Of a stretch of 64,000 nt of DNA, positions 41,481-56,400 are shown in pieces (within the stretch, counting starts at the first letter, position 1; the number at the start of each line of letters is the position of its first letter). A program made the position numbers and the translations under genes. This DNA comes from Lingula anatina (taxonomy: Eukaryota > Animalia > Brachiopoda). A model generated the notes under the pieces. It was given only the letters and a program-made list of their open reading frames with translations, did not search any database and was not told where the DNA came from. The stretch spans positions 31,267,967 to 31,331,966 of the forward strand of contig CM120640.1 in the NCBI GenBank assembly GCA_051362555.1, read 5' to 3'.

Positions 41481-44400
41481 TACAGAACTACAGTTATCCT
41501 TGGACTTGCAATGATGCCCACACCAGCTGCAGTTGTATGTATTCTCTTGACAACTTGGACAGGAAGTGAAATTTTCACAATAGCTCTTCCCAATGTCTGC
41601 AATTATTCAGTAAATGGTTATGGGTCAAAATACAAAATGTAACTTATTTTGCAATGACTACTAAACTTCATGTATATCTGGCAAAAATTTTCCCTTTTAT
41701 AAATCAGAAAAATCACCCCTCTGTGAAAGTGTTTCTGAAGTTACCATAAATTGAGATGAAAGACATTTTTTTTATAAAACACAGAAAAAGGTACATTAAA
41801 TATCCTCTTCCTAAATGTTATATGTTGCTCACTTATCAATTATTGAAAACATAATAGATGCTCTTCCTGTATTGTCTTGCCAAAATGAATTTTTAGTTGT
41901 CTCCACATATTTGAAAATCCCCCATGGTCATATTTATTTAATTTCCCAATTCAGACTCTACAGACAAAAAAACTCTTTCAATAAAATTTATCGGAAGCGT
42001 ACCTAGCAGTGTTATTTTCTTGTTGTCACCGTTCTCTGATATCCCTTACCAACTTGCAACATATGTTTTTTACATGGTACAGGGCTGCCCGATTCAAAAC
42101 ACCCCCACTATCTTCTTGAATAAAAACGAGGCAATGCTCATGAAGACAGACGTCATTTCTGACCACTGATTAAAACTTAAGTAGTAAAAATTCCATGGAG
42201 AGCAGATTTAACAAAATGCCTGTCAAAATCTTGATCTATCTATCTATACATACATACCTTTTCTTTTGCACCAAGGCTCAACCCTCGTCCCGGGCATTTT
42301 CTCTGCATCTTCTAGTGAATAACATTTGTCCAACCAAGTACATCGCAAGCCCTGGTGAGTGGAAATGCAGTCTTCTTTGGTTCCATACTTTTCACATTTT
42401 CCTGAAAAGAATCAACATATCACTTATGTGAACAAAATATATAATTTAAGGTGAGTAATTCATTGTAACAAAGAAAAACAAGGCAGCAAAGCTGTCAAAT
42501 GTACAGACAAAAAACAGAAAAAAAAAGATGCAAAAGAGGTCATTTTGTCAATTTTGATGCAACAATAAATAATGCTTATAATAGCAGTCAGTCAACACTA
42601 TTTTTTCATTATGCACAACAGGTAACATGGTCAATAACAGGAGCAGATCCAGAAATATTTTTGGCAGTATTCTAAAGTATCTTTATTGATCCATCTTGCA
42701 TTTTGATGGTCTTCCAAAAGAAAAAAATAGATACCCATCAATATAAAAAATCTAACTGTCTTCCAGGAGACCCAGAAGATGGTCTCAATCCACCCCTTCA
42801 ATAAGATTATAGTTTCATGACCATGAGAGTTAAAATTCACATGATGAAAGTCCCAATATAAGAAAAATGATGACAGTGCATAAAATAATATTACTAGTGT
42901 TTAAAGACATGAATACCAATACAACTGCTTACGTGGAAATACAGAAATTGTGCAGAGCCTCAGGTGGATGGGAAAGTCACATCTTAAAAATGCCAGTGTT
43001 GGAGAAGAAATTAAAAAGAAAACAACAAAAATATAATCTAATGAAGCTGCTATTCAGTGCTTCCTTATTATGGACACTGTTATCCAGCAGAGAGCTTAAC
43101 CTTTGGGAGTTTACAGGGAAATATCAACAAGTATGATTTATGAAATCTCATTTAATGGCCACTTAATCAGGCAAATGAGTTTATAGCACTAAACTTAGCC
43201 TAGTGAATACCCAAGGGGAATTTACAGACTGACCACACAAATTTGTCCCATAAGACACAGCTTAAGAAAAGCACAAAACAATAATGCACAAAAATAGGAG
43301 ACTGCCAATTCTGATGCAATAGTACATTATGTTTAACTGCACAGTCAATATCAAATTTTAATTATGCAGAACAGGTAACAACGACGAAAGTAAAAGCATA
43401 AGGCTTCAGGTCCATCAAAGTTCAAATTTACAATTAGAAAGAGCCAGAATGAGAAAAATGAAAATTTAACACAAAATTGCATAAATTCAATAATAAATGA
43501 CAACCCAATTGAGCTGGCTTTCTAATTTGAACTGCATGCCGATCCTAAAAATCATACTTGTAAGTTAAACATAATAATAAGTAACACAGTTTTCTTTCCA
43601 TAATGTTTGCAGAAGCAGTACAAAAATATTTTTGTCAATTTTGATGTAACATTACATAATAATTTATAGAATAATGATCACCAATTTTTTATTATTGACT
43701 ATGAATAGCAAGGACATGTAGAAAATTTGATTACCATTCGGCTTCATGTCCATGGGAGTTCTGAGTCCCACAATGAATATGCCAAAAAGATAATAATGAA
43801 TATTTCACTAAAATGTATAAATTCCAGAAAAAGAAGCCAATTAGACTGCTTTTCCAACTTTTTTTGAAAGATTGAGTCGTAAGTAACATGATTTTCCCAT
43901 AATGGTCATCATGGCAGCAACACCAAAAATTATGTTTTCTTCTATTTTGATGCAACATTACATAATGTTTAACAGCATAATGACCATCAATTTTTAATAA
44001 TAAAATATTAGTATCATGGATATTCAGAAAATGTGACTAGCAAAGGTCTTCAAGCCCGTGGAGGTTCTAAGTCACACCTTGAAAATGCCAATAAATGAAT
44101 AATTAAATTTTCACAAAAAACTGTTTAATTGCCAGAAAAATTTACCAAACAGACTGCATTGCCTACTGAAGCTATATTTTAGTCCCATGTTTCTTTCCTG
44201 TAAGTTTGAGAACAGTGAGTGATATGATTTTCCTTAAATGATCATCATGGGAACAGTGCCCAAAATAGGGGTTTCTTCAAATTTTGATGCAATATTACAT
44301 AATGTTTAACAGCATAATGACCATCAATTTTTAATAATAAAATATTAGTATCATGGATATTCAGAAAATGTGACCAGCAAAGGTCTTCAGGACCATGAAA

Positions 44401-47400
44401 CTTCAAAGTCACATCTTGAAAATGCCAAAATGTAAACAAGACAGCACTTTTCTGAAATGGGTTTATTTCCATTTTAACACTTTTTTAACATAAAACAAAA
44501 TTAACAATTAACTGCCATTTTTATATGACCAACTAATAAAATTGATGAGATGGGGAAAATATCAATAGAACAGTGTTAAATGTCCAATTTCCTCCATCTA
44601 AGATTCTGAACATAGTGGATGATTGAATATGACAAATTGCAATGATATGAGTTTATTTCCAGTTTTGACACTTCATTACACAATACATGATAACAAATTT
44701 ACCATCATTTTTACATAATCAACTGACAATGTTGTAAAGATGCAGGAAATGTCAAACAAACACTTTTATGTATCTTATTAGTTCAATAATGAGACTATTA
44801 ACATGCCTAAGAATTGAATCTGAGGAAATGTGAAAAAAAAGCATAACTTCTAAAATAATGGACCGATTATGCTGATTTTCATACTCAACCTATGTTTTAG
44901 TAAGATTGACCACTCTTGTGAGTAAAATGACAATTTGCCTATCTGTTTTTCTTATATTGTATTATCAGTGTTGTATATATGCTAAAAAAATGAAAAAACA
45001 GCATAACTTCCATAAAAGTGGCTCTATCATGCTGTTTTTCAAACTTTACCTGCGTATTATGAATATTCATCAGTTCTGTAAGTTTCAAGCCAAAAGGTAA
45101 AATGGTATTTCACATATCGTGTTATCGGTGCTGCATATATGCTGAGAAAAGTGAAATAAAGATGCAAATAAGTGAAAAATTAAATTTTCACAAAAAACTG
45201 TTAAATTGCCAGAAAATTTTACCAAACAGACTGCGTTGCCTATTGAAGCTGTATGTTAGACCCATGTTTCTTTCCTGTAAGTTTGAGAACAGTAAGTGAC
45301 ATGATTTCCCTTAAATGGTCATCATAGGAGCAGTGCACAAAATAGGGGTTTCTTCAAATTTTGATGCAACATTACATAATGTTTAACAGCATAATGACAA
45401 TCAAATGTTATTAATAAAATATTAGTAACATAGACATTCAGAAAATGTGACAAGCAAAAGTCTTCAGTATCATGGAACTTTAAAGTCACACCTTGAAGAT
45501 GCCAATATGTGAAAAATTAAATTTTCACAAAAAACTGTTTAACTGCCAGAAAAAATTAACAAACAGACTGCATTGCCTACTGAAGCTGTATTTTAGCCCC
45601 ATGTTTCTTTCCTGTAAGTTTGAGAACAGTAAGTGACATGGTTTTCCTTAAATGGTCATCATGGGAGCAGTGCCCAAAATAGGGGTTTCTTCAAGTTTTG
45701 ATGCAATATTACATAATGTTTAACAGCATAATGACCATCAATTTTTAATAATAGAATATTAGTAACATGAACATTCAGAAAACGTGACTAGCAAAGGTCT
45801 GCAGGCTCATGGAACTTCAAAGTCACACCTTGAAAATGCCAATATGTGAAAAATTAAATTTTCACAAAAAACTGTTTAACTGCCAGAAAAAAATTACCAA
45901 ACAGACTGCATTGACTACTGAAGCTGTATTTTGGCCCTATCTTTCTTTCCTGTAAGTTTGAAAACAGTAAGTGACATGGTTTTTCTTAAATGGTCATCAT
46001 GGGAGCAGTGCCCAAAATAGGGGTTTCTTCAAGTTTTGATGCAATATTACATAATGTTTAACAGCATAATGACCATCAATTTTTAATCATAAAATATTAG
46101 TATCATGAATATTCAGAAAATGTGATTAGCAAAGGTCTGCAGGCTCATGAAATTTCAAAGTCACAGCTTAAAAATGCCAAAATGTAAACAAGACAGCACT
46201 GTTCTGAAATGGGTTTATTTCCATTTTTAACATTTTTTAAACATAAAACAAAATAAACAGTTTGTTGCCATTTTTATATGACCAACTAAGAAAATTGATG
46301 AGATGGGAAAAATATCAATAGAACAGTGTTTAATGTCCAATTTCCTCCATTCTGAGATTCTGAACATGGTGGATGATTGAATCTGACAAACTGCAATGAT
46401 GAGTTTATTACCATTTTTGACAGTTTATTACACAATACACGATAACAAGTTTCCCATCATTTTTGCACAATCAATTAACAATGTTGTAAAGATGCAAGAA
46501 ATATCAAACAAACACTTTCACGTATCTTATTAGTTAAATAATGAGACTGTTAACATGCCTAAGAATTGAATCTGAGGAAATGTGAAAAAAAAGCATAACT
46601 TCTAAAATAAAGGCCCGATCATGCTGATTTTCGAACTTGACCTGCGTATTATGAATATCCATCAGTTCTGTTAGTTTCAAGCCAAAAGGTAAAATGTTAT
46701 TTCACTTATGGTGTTATCGGTGTTGCATATATGCTGAGAAAAGTGAAAAAACAGCCTAACTTCCCTAAAAATGACCCGATCATGCTGATTTTCGAACTTG
46801 ACCTGCGGATTATGAATATTCATCAGTTTTGTAAGTTTCAAGCCAAAAAATAAAATGGTTTTCCACTTATCGTGTTATCGGTGCTGCATATATGCTGAAA
46901 AAAGTGAAAAAACAGCATAACTTCCCTAAAAATGGCCCGATCATGCTGATTTTCGAACTTGACCTGCGTATTAGGAATATTCACCAGTTCTGTAAGTTTC
47001 AAGCCAAAAGCAAAAACGGTGTTCCACTTATCGTGTTATCGGTAAAAGTGCAAGACGGCGACGACGGCGACGACAGACGCAGGTGATGGCTATATGTACA
47101 GACACATCTGTGTCTGTACATAAAAAAGAAGATAAAGTACATTCATATACAGGCCATTCCATAAGCTTTCCCCTTCAAAACATCACCCCCCCCCCCCCCT
47201 GTATTTTTCTTCTTTCAATGTCACACACATAAAAAAGTAAAAAAGAATTCAATATTATTTCACTAAAGTAAATTTGTTGAAATAAAATCTTCAATAATTG
47301 TTGCAGAAAGGAAAATACTTCGTATTTAAGCACAATTATATTTTTAGTCAATGACTACGAGATGATATACACTGAAACTTATAAAGCAATTTTAATTGTA

Positions 47401-50400
47401 TTCATAAATGCTTCAGCTTAAAAAATACACCAAAATTTGTATATAAACTTGTCATACAGAACAATGGCACATTTTACCTGGTGTGTACTGAAACATATCT
47501 CCTAACATAAGTCCATTAAAGCCACCATAGATGAACATTTTCCTGAAATATAAAAATAATGTAGACTCAGAACACTTAAAATCATACAAAAAAAAATCTA
47601 CTAGGATTTAAGAATCAGTGCTATACTACAAGTCAACTTTGCACTATAAAACCTTTGACAGCTGAATCCAACTTACTGATCATACACTTCTGCTGAATGT
47701 CCAAATCTTGCTAGATCTCCTCTCACCCTGGGCTCAGGTAAGGTGTACCACTGATCACAACCTGTAATAACAGATTTTGCTAGGTTAAGACACCTCAATA
47801 TTTCAGAGCATTTGTATGTCCATAATTTCAACTTAATATCAATTTAACTTTCATTAAAAATAACTACAGTAACTTAACAATAAAAATCTGAATATCAAAC
47901 GCCATGTCAGCCACCTGAACAGGGACGGATCCAGAGATATTTTCTGACATTCTTCCTAATTATCTTTGCTTAGCCATCCGACATTTTTGACTGTCTTCCG
48001 ACAGAAAAAATTGGATACCCAACAATGTTAACTTGAAAATCTGACCGTCTTCCGGAAGACCCAGAAGACGGCCTCAATCTGCCCCTGCTGAACAAAGAGG
48101 AGATCAGTTGCTTGAATCTTACCAAGGTCATATCCCAAAAAATTTAGGGAATGACATTTTGCCCCATGACTGGTAGAAGTATCATTATGTGTATTTCCAC
48201 CAAACACCAACATTAGTCCACTGATGACAACTGCTGAATGAAGGTAGCGCCTCTGGCCACTGCTGTGTAAAATCACCCTGAAGGAAGCATTGCACGGAAT
48301 AATTCGATGTAAGACTAAGCTACTGCATTTTTACATTTTGATCTATTACTGGACTTCGAATGCCCAAGTCTAGTCATGTCCTGTGACAGGTTTGAAAAGA
48401 CATAGTTTGCAAGTGCATACAGAGTGAAATCATCTGGAATTTTGCATCTGATATTTTAACTTATATGAGCTCAACAGATAACTAAAATCTTAGTACTAAT
48501 ATATTTATTAATGACCAACTTTGGGAAATGATGCCACAAAGGAAACTCCATAAATCACACAAATTGTAAGCAATATATCAATAGTAAGTATGGTATGTCT
48601 TTCACATACCAACATAAATGAAATATTAAAGAAAAGGAACAGCTACACAAAAACTGTACTATATATAGAGACTTACCATTTGTTTGTGGTTGTCTCAAAG
48701 CTATATAATTCATCTGATATCTTGTATGTAGAGACTGCAGTGGAGTGGTAGCCACCATGAACATAGATCTTATCCTTATGGTAAACACTTGTATGGCCAT
48801 AACCTCCCTTTACAATTGCCCCTGATGTCCGGACAAGCTGACAGGATCCAATGACTAAGTAAAACCAAGAGGATCAAGTTTATCTCAATTACGCCAGCAT
48901 TTACATAGCAAATCAATGCAAGTTGTATGTTAGTTAGTCTTATTTGTACTTAAACTTCTAAAAGTTTGTTAAATAAAATATGCAACACATGAGCTGTCTT
49001 AATTAATACTTCATAGACTAGTGTACAACACAAAAAGATGGTCAAAAAGCATTGCCTTCTTTTATTGCTTATCAAATGCTAAGAGCAAAATATAACATTT
49101 TGAAAATTATTTAGTCAATAAAATAAATATTGCACATGGCTACCATACATACTATATCCATTGATAAAATTAAGAAAGCATTAACTTATAATAAATAATC
49201 ACTTCAGTAAACAAACTCCAAAAACAAATCCATTTTCATAGCTCCTAGACAAAAATAAGTCATTTTTTCTGGGGCGTTTTCATAGCAGACAAGCATATAC
49301 CATAAGTCTTTCAAAAAAGAAAAAGTACGTACCTATATCACATTTTTGCACAGTATTCAAGTAACCAAAGACAGGACTGTGTCCAAATATGACTATCATT
49401 TCACCATTCACGTAGTGGGCAGTGTGTCCAACAACCTGAAGTCCGGTCTGGTTGACCAGCAGCCAGTCTTTTGTATTTATATTGAACTTCCACAGTTCAT
49501 TAGTCACTTGTTTTTTGCCCACTAGTCCTCCATACATATATATGTCATTCTGAAACAAGTAAAAATGTGGTGAAAATTAAATGCCAAAATACCTGTTCTT
49601 CAATGGAATTTGTTAGTATGCTATGAGTGAGATAATGCACTGTCACCCAAGCCATTTATAAATGTTCATGGCACATATTGCCAGTGTATTTATAAACACA
49701 CATATCAAAAGAAAGTACTTTCCTTTACCCATAACACAGTTCCTCTCGGCTTTTCCACAACCTCATGGTGCTATGCTGTTCAGGGACATGTGTCACAAAA
49801 GAAAATGTTACACGTTTCCAACCTAAAACTTCCAATTTTAAATAGAATACGCTCATAACACTATACACAGGGTGATGTCAAATAACGGCCTTTCCACTTT
49901 TACAAGTTTCTGCTCAATTGCAAACTGGAATTAAATTTAAGCAGGGTCATTTGTCCCTGGAACAATTGCTTTTGTTACCTTTACTAATGAAATATTGAAT
50001 ATTTTATCACCATATTTGTTTGTATGACTATGTTGCTTATTTGTATTTGAAGCAATTCGACCATCCATACAAGCCAGTATTGCACATACCAGTATGTCTG
50101 TTCTCGTGTCATCTTACATAAATGTTCCTTGTATAAATTCTTTCTGTTTTACTTTACTGTGAGGTTCTCTTTCATTTTTATCAGCAATTGAATGCCATTG
50201 TTCATGATACAATCTCTCATAATACCACACACTAGAATTTGTGGGCTTTAAATACCTTTGAGAAGTGGAGCATTGTCAGGAATAACAAACATATTTTTGA
50301 TAATGAAGGAAACGACATACACAATGACCAGTACAACAAAATGTTTTGTCCTATTGAACAGATGGATGTGGATCTCCGTAACTACTGGATATCAATGTTC

Positions 50401-53400
50401 ATTGATATCCAGTAGTTACGGATATCCATGGAACAAAAGTAATAAGTCACACAAAGAAAGAAAGATGTACATTGAGCATCAGGCTAAGAGACAGGAAGAA
50501 AATGAAGTAGAGAAGAGAACAGATCAAGGTGAGGAATGTGCTGCTTACAATTCAGGAAATGAAATGGAAATGGGCAGGACACGTCAGTAGAATCAAGGAT
50601 GTCAGATGAACTATAAGGCTGAATGAGTGGTCACCAAGATATGGACATAGAAAACAACTAAAATATAACCTAAGTCCCGCATAAAACAACCTACTATCAT
50701 TGCCTGATGTGTATGAAATGGCAATTCTCCAGACACAAGTAGTGACAATCTGTCCATTGAAGTAATCAAAGCTGATAACCAGGGCAGGCTATGGAAGGTC
50801 AATGACAGCAATAAGCAATACAGAATTATAAAGATATTAAGTAGTAATTACATACTGTTATTCTTTTGTTAGATTTCTATATCATAACTATTTCAAAATC
50901 AATAACCTATTAATCACCCTAATTACCTACCTGTATCATTACCAGTGTATGTCCATATCTTTTGGGTGGATTTATAACTGTGCTGGGCTCTACTGCTTCC
51001 CAAAACTTGTTTACCATATCAAATCTGAAGTAGAGCAACAAAGAACAAGTAAATTAAATCAGACATTTGTACGTATATAATAAACAGCAGTTAAAAATAT
51101 AGACTCTCAAAAGAATAAAGATATAAGACCACTTTGAGCCTCTGAAAGTCTAGCCTCAGACTTCTACTGCAAATACAGGGACAAAAAAAAAGAAGCAAGT
51201 GAAGCAGAAAATAGCTATCATAACAGTGCACTAAATGATATCACATAATGTTTAACAGCATGAAAAACAACCAATCATGTTTTACTATTAATGTGGACAT
51301 TCAGAAAACGTAACTGGCACACCTTGAAAACAAAATTCATTTACAGCAATGTAAAGGTTACATTTCAAAGAAAAGAACTGAAAAGTTTCCTTTGCATAAC
51401 AATAAAAAATCAGCATTTATATGACAGAAATGGTCATGTTTATCCCATTACTCTATATTATTACCAGTATCTATATATATATGAAGAGCCAAGACATCAA
51501 CATACCTTGCTATCTGCTGAAATGTAGATCCACCAAAATGTTCTCCCCCAATCAACCACATGTGATCTCCATGTAACACAGTCCTATGAGAAGCTCTTCC
51601 ATCTATGTGTACAGAGGTAGTGTACACTACTTGTTCCCATGTGCCATTCTTCTCTGTTAAATTGCACCTTGGACCTGTGACAGCAATCATTTAATAATAA
51701 AACATCCAATCATTACATTTAAAATGATAAATTCAATAAAAGTAATTGGATGTGATATCAATTTGAGAAGTATGGTTTCCATAGTGGGCATAAAGCACTG
51801 TTTTACTTAATAATAAAATGTAATCTGTTGACATTTTCAAGACAACGACAACAAATATACATGGAAGGCACATGTTCATTTTTTTTTATCTACACCAAGA
51901 ATGACTACTTAATTCAGATGAAAACAAACCTAAGAACCCCGTGTTACAATAGCATCCCCCTATAGTGTAGTTACAGCGTCCATATCTCCCACAATCATTG
52001 GGACATATCTCCTCAGAGCAGGAGACACCTCTCCAGCCTTGGCTACAGTTACAGACATGCCCATTACAGCTTCCATGACCAGAGCAATTATTGGGACAAC
52101 CTCCGATTCTGAAAGGAAAGGTAAAATAACACTTAAGAGTGTGTGTATGCGTAAGTGTGCATTTTATTTCGTATTTGTACTTTATTTTGAACATTTTTGA
52201 CAAGGGTGCACTGTGAAGAATGTTACTGCTATGCACATCATTGAGCCCAAAATGTAGCAGGTTCAATTACATAATAATATATATGACCAAATAAAATTCA
52301 AGAACAAATCGTTATTTCATTAGGCTGAAGAAGACATATGCTCATGATGAAACGACATTCAATTACAGCAAAATACATCAAACATATTAATCTACCATAG
52401 GTCGTGTTATCTATGCATGTGCAATTCATAATAAAAATGACAGCAAGAAAATAAATCATGTTTTATTTTTGGCAAAGACAATGCTTACTGATATGAAATA
52501 TTGAATCCTGATATGTTGTAAGCTGCATCACTGAAGAAATAAAGAAAAGCTTTGCCCGACTTGGTTGTGACTTCTGGGACACTATGGCTCTGGTTTTTTA
52601 ATGTCTCTTGTACAACCAATCCACTGTAAAAAGAAACACAATATATAATCATAATATATAATCATATTGTGATGTTCTTCAGATACAAAGTTATATTAGA
52701 ACATCAATATAAACACTTTTCATTATTAATGTCACATCAAAGGTATAGCACCATAACTACTTCAAGGATCCATTAATATAACAATTACCTTTTTTTTAAG
52801 TCCACTCTTAAATTATGCATTGCCCAAGATCAGTCATATCCAATTAGAGAGCTAAAGAAAAAGCTTCACGGACCAAAGCGCCTTTATTTGATATTAACTG
52901 ACACCATGTGCAGTGTAACAACCATCTCCACTCATCCAATCAATACAGGAGCACAGCCACTGCTGCAACTGTAGGCAGGTTATATACACCCCCATTAAAA
53001 AGGCAATACTTTCTGACTGTTAGAATTTAACTAGACATCCATGATAGCACATATATACAGGCATTCAACTGTAAACAACGGAATACCAAGAAACGGACTC
53101 GATGACTTTGAGGCAAGATGGATGGGGAAGGATTTCTTAAACAAGGCAGCAAAGCCATCAAATAGACAGACAAATAAATGACAAAAGTAACGGAAGCATT
53201 ATCATGAAAATAATGAAGAAGCAATTTAACAATGAAAGTGCATAAAATGGTTTAAGTCACAGTGTAACAAGGGACAATCAAAGACTGACCAGCCAGTATA
53301 CCCATATATCAAAGCAAACAAACGAGGTGCCTGTTCCAAGCTGGCACATTCCATTACTACACTCTTAATTTGTTCAAAATAAGCTTGTGGGCTAAAATAA

Positions 53401-56400
53401 AAATTATAACTCGAAGAAAAACATTTAGTCATACTGTGGTTTCAAACTCAAGCTGCAGTGTACTGTGCAAGTTTGAGAAGAAATAACAGGTTTATCCTTT
53501 TATTTAGTTTTAACGAGGAAAAAGTACACAGCAACTGTGATCCTAGGGCTGGGACTACCAATATACAACTGATAGCATAAAGTCCAGATGCATAGTGTCT
53601 GTCCATAAAATTGCCCAGTAGAATACCGCATTAGCCCTTGACTAATAAATAGACTGAATTGGTTTTAACCTAAATATCAATGTTACATACATTGAAGGCA
53701 GTCTCCAAGGCATAAATACAGATGAAAATGTAGATACGGTCCTTTTGAGGCAAGTTATTTATGACAGAGCAACAGTGTTCTAAAAATGAGCCTGTATCCC
53801 TGCAGGTCTTGAATTGCAAGTTTGCAACCACCTGGTAATGTTTTAACCAGTGGAAGGAGCACTCTGGGCGTGCCTTTTTTTTTTTTCACTGCAAAATTGT
53901 GCAAATGATTCAGAATTAACAAAATAAAATTCTACAATCTTTTTTTACACGTGTGTTATTTTCTACACTAATCATTCAATATGATAGATAGTTCAATTAT
54001 ATATGGATGAGTTATTATGTAATGTGACATTTAACAGTACTTCCAAGTATCCCTTCTACTTGCTAAAATTGAGATAATATATGCTATCCATTGCCCTGAA
54101 TAACAGCTCACTGTGAATAATTTAGTTGGCAAAGCCTCATCATTGCAATATAATTCAATTGTCTTTGATTTTCTTCTGCTTCTTACAGTCACGTGAAGAC
54201 ATAAATAGTAAATCAATACCTACAGTAATGTGAAACAAGGCTAGTTGAAAGCCAACTTTTTACAGAAAAACACTACCATCTTTCACTCATTTCATACCAG
54301 AGTTGCATCTGCAAATTTATGTAAGTAAGCTATTGTGAATCTGGTATCTGGCCACATGAACAGAGTTCTTAGAACACCTACATAACTACAAGTACAGAGT
54401 AAATAATATGGCTTTTTCAGGGTGTATGTTGAGTAATCAATAAGTGAAAAAGAGAAATATTCACTTTTATTATTTACCTATTGGGAGCTCTAAATTTTAA
54501 GGGACATTTGTTGTAATTTTGCACCTTTAGCTGTGCTGCATATATCTCAAAATGAGGTACAACACTGTTTTCAATGTGTGAATGGCTCAGTGGCAAAGCC
54601 CAGATGCAACACAACAAACTAATGCTGGACTTACACATTTTATGAATACTAGTTTACTTTTTGTTCCTTTAACTTAATTTGGTGCTTAAATATTGGAACA
54701 TGAAATACATTGAAAAACATGGAAGGCTCTATTACATAAATGCAATATGTAATCTACGGTGTTTTCAAAGTGAACATGGTTTTTCAGAGCCACATAACAT
54801 TGCCCAAAGTGCTATTAGTCAGTTCATACAAGATAACATAAGATTGAAAGATATCTAAATCCACCATTCTGTATAGGATATTTTGTCTACATTATGGCAA
54901 AAATATCAAGAGGTATTTCACAAAAGAAACATGAAGCTGCCATAAAATGAAAAGGCTTTTTAATGTTAACTGCCTACTTGTACTGACAAACTGATGAAAA
55001 AAATAGGGCATATTCTATATGTGCAATAAACCTGCAGGCTGCCAAGAAAAAAAAAGGTTTTATTTTTATTGTTAGCACCTACCCAGAGACTGATAAGAAA
55101 GGTGCAAATAAAAACTTACATTTACCATACAGCCACCTAAATTATGGCAAAGGGGCCACATGTAAAATAAGGATGTAAAATTCAGTTTCACTAGACCATT
55201 ATAGAGAGCTGCACTTATGGCAAATAAGTGAAACGACATACTTTAACTTCCACTTTCTTTTAGTGTTTTGATCATTTAAACATTGAAAATTGCATGCATA
55301 AGGAAAAGCTTCAAGTTGATCACATACCTAAAAGCTGCTAGAAGTGGAGAGAAGGCCGAGTCTCCATCATATATGTACAGGTGATCCCAGGAACATTCTG
55401 TGGCATAGTGTTTCAGGCGGAAGTGAATGGGAACGTTGTCCTGACCACTGTCTATCAGCCAGGAACACTTACTATCTGTACTGTAATTTCCAGCACCATC
55501 ATGAATATAGCCACTGGGGTCTGTTAACCTGGAAGAAAATATGGAAAATGAGAAGTTAAATTAATTTAAGTTGTAGATCTTTACCTTTGTTTTGTGTTTA
55601 AGTTTTACGTTCATTGTCAAAACTGACAGCAAAACCATAAATTTTTATGTAGTACTTAACCATTTTACATAAATAATATTAAATGAATGATATTTACTGT
55701 ATTTTTAAAAATATCATTAGTATTGCTGTGCTGTTATGAAGTTCCAGAAACACTGGGGCATAGATAAAAATGATTTATTAACCAAGTTTATTCCCACTTC
55801 CTAAATGAGTAGTGGTTCTATTAACCTACTAGTAGTCAAGTTCTTATCTGCACTTAATCATTGTTCTCTAAGGTGTCAAATTAAACTGTACTGGAAGAAT
55901 AATTGTAAACACACACACACACACAGGGTAGAAAATTGGCAATCGCATCGCTTTTGTATAAAATAAAGATGTCTAATATACACAAACTAAACAAATAAAT
56001 TCAAAGAAACCAGCATCTAGACAAGACTGATAACAAGGGAGTTTAAAAAATGCTTTAAAATCTGAAATGTTCACCTTAACAAGAGGTATGGTCAGTCTAA
56101 AATAACTAAATGTTTTCCACTATACCTATTCTCTCTTAGTTTTCAGACTTAATACCAATACACAATTCTGTGTCAGCAAATTCTCAATAATCAATCTAAA
56201 GGTATACTGTACACACTTTAAACACTCCCATGTCATATTTTCTATGTTTACATATCCTGCAAAGCAACTAATCTTTCCCAATTCAGACTTTTAAAAATTT
56301 AATCAGCAGTTTCTGCTGAAATGTACAGGAAGATAACTTACATACGAAGTAAACACTGATTTTCTGTAATGCATATTAAACCACTTCTACAAAATTCTTA

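Noticed and set aside
50258-50590. 110-aa ORF as a nested antisense gene in attractin
   Set aside because: A different frame of the same DNA carries the RTE LINE signature KWKWAGHV, so it is a retrotransposon relic.
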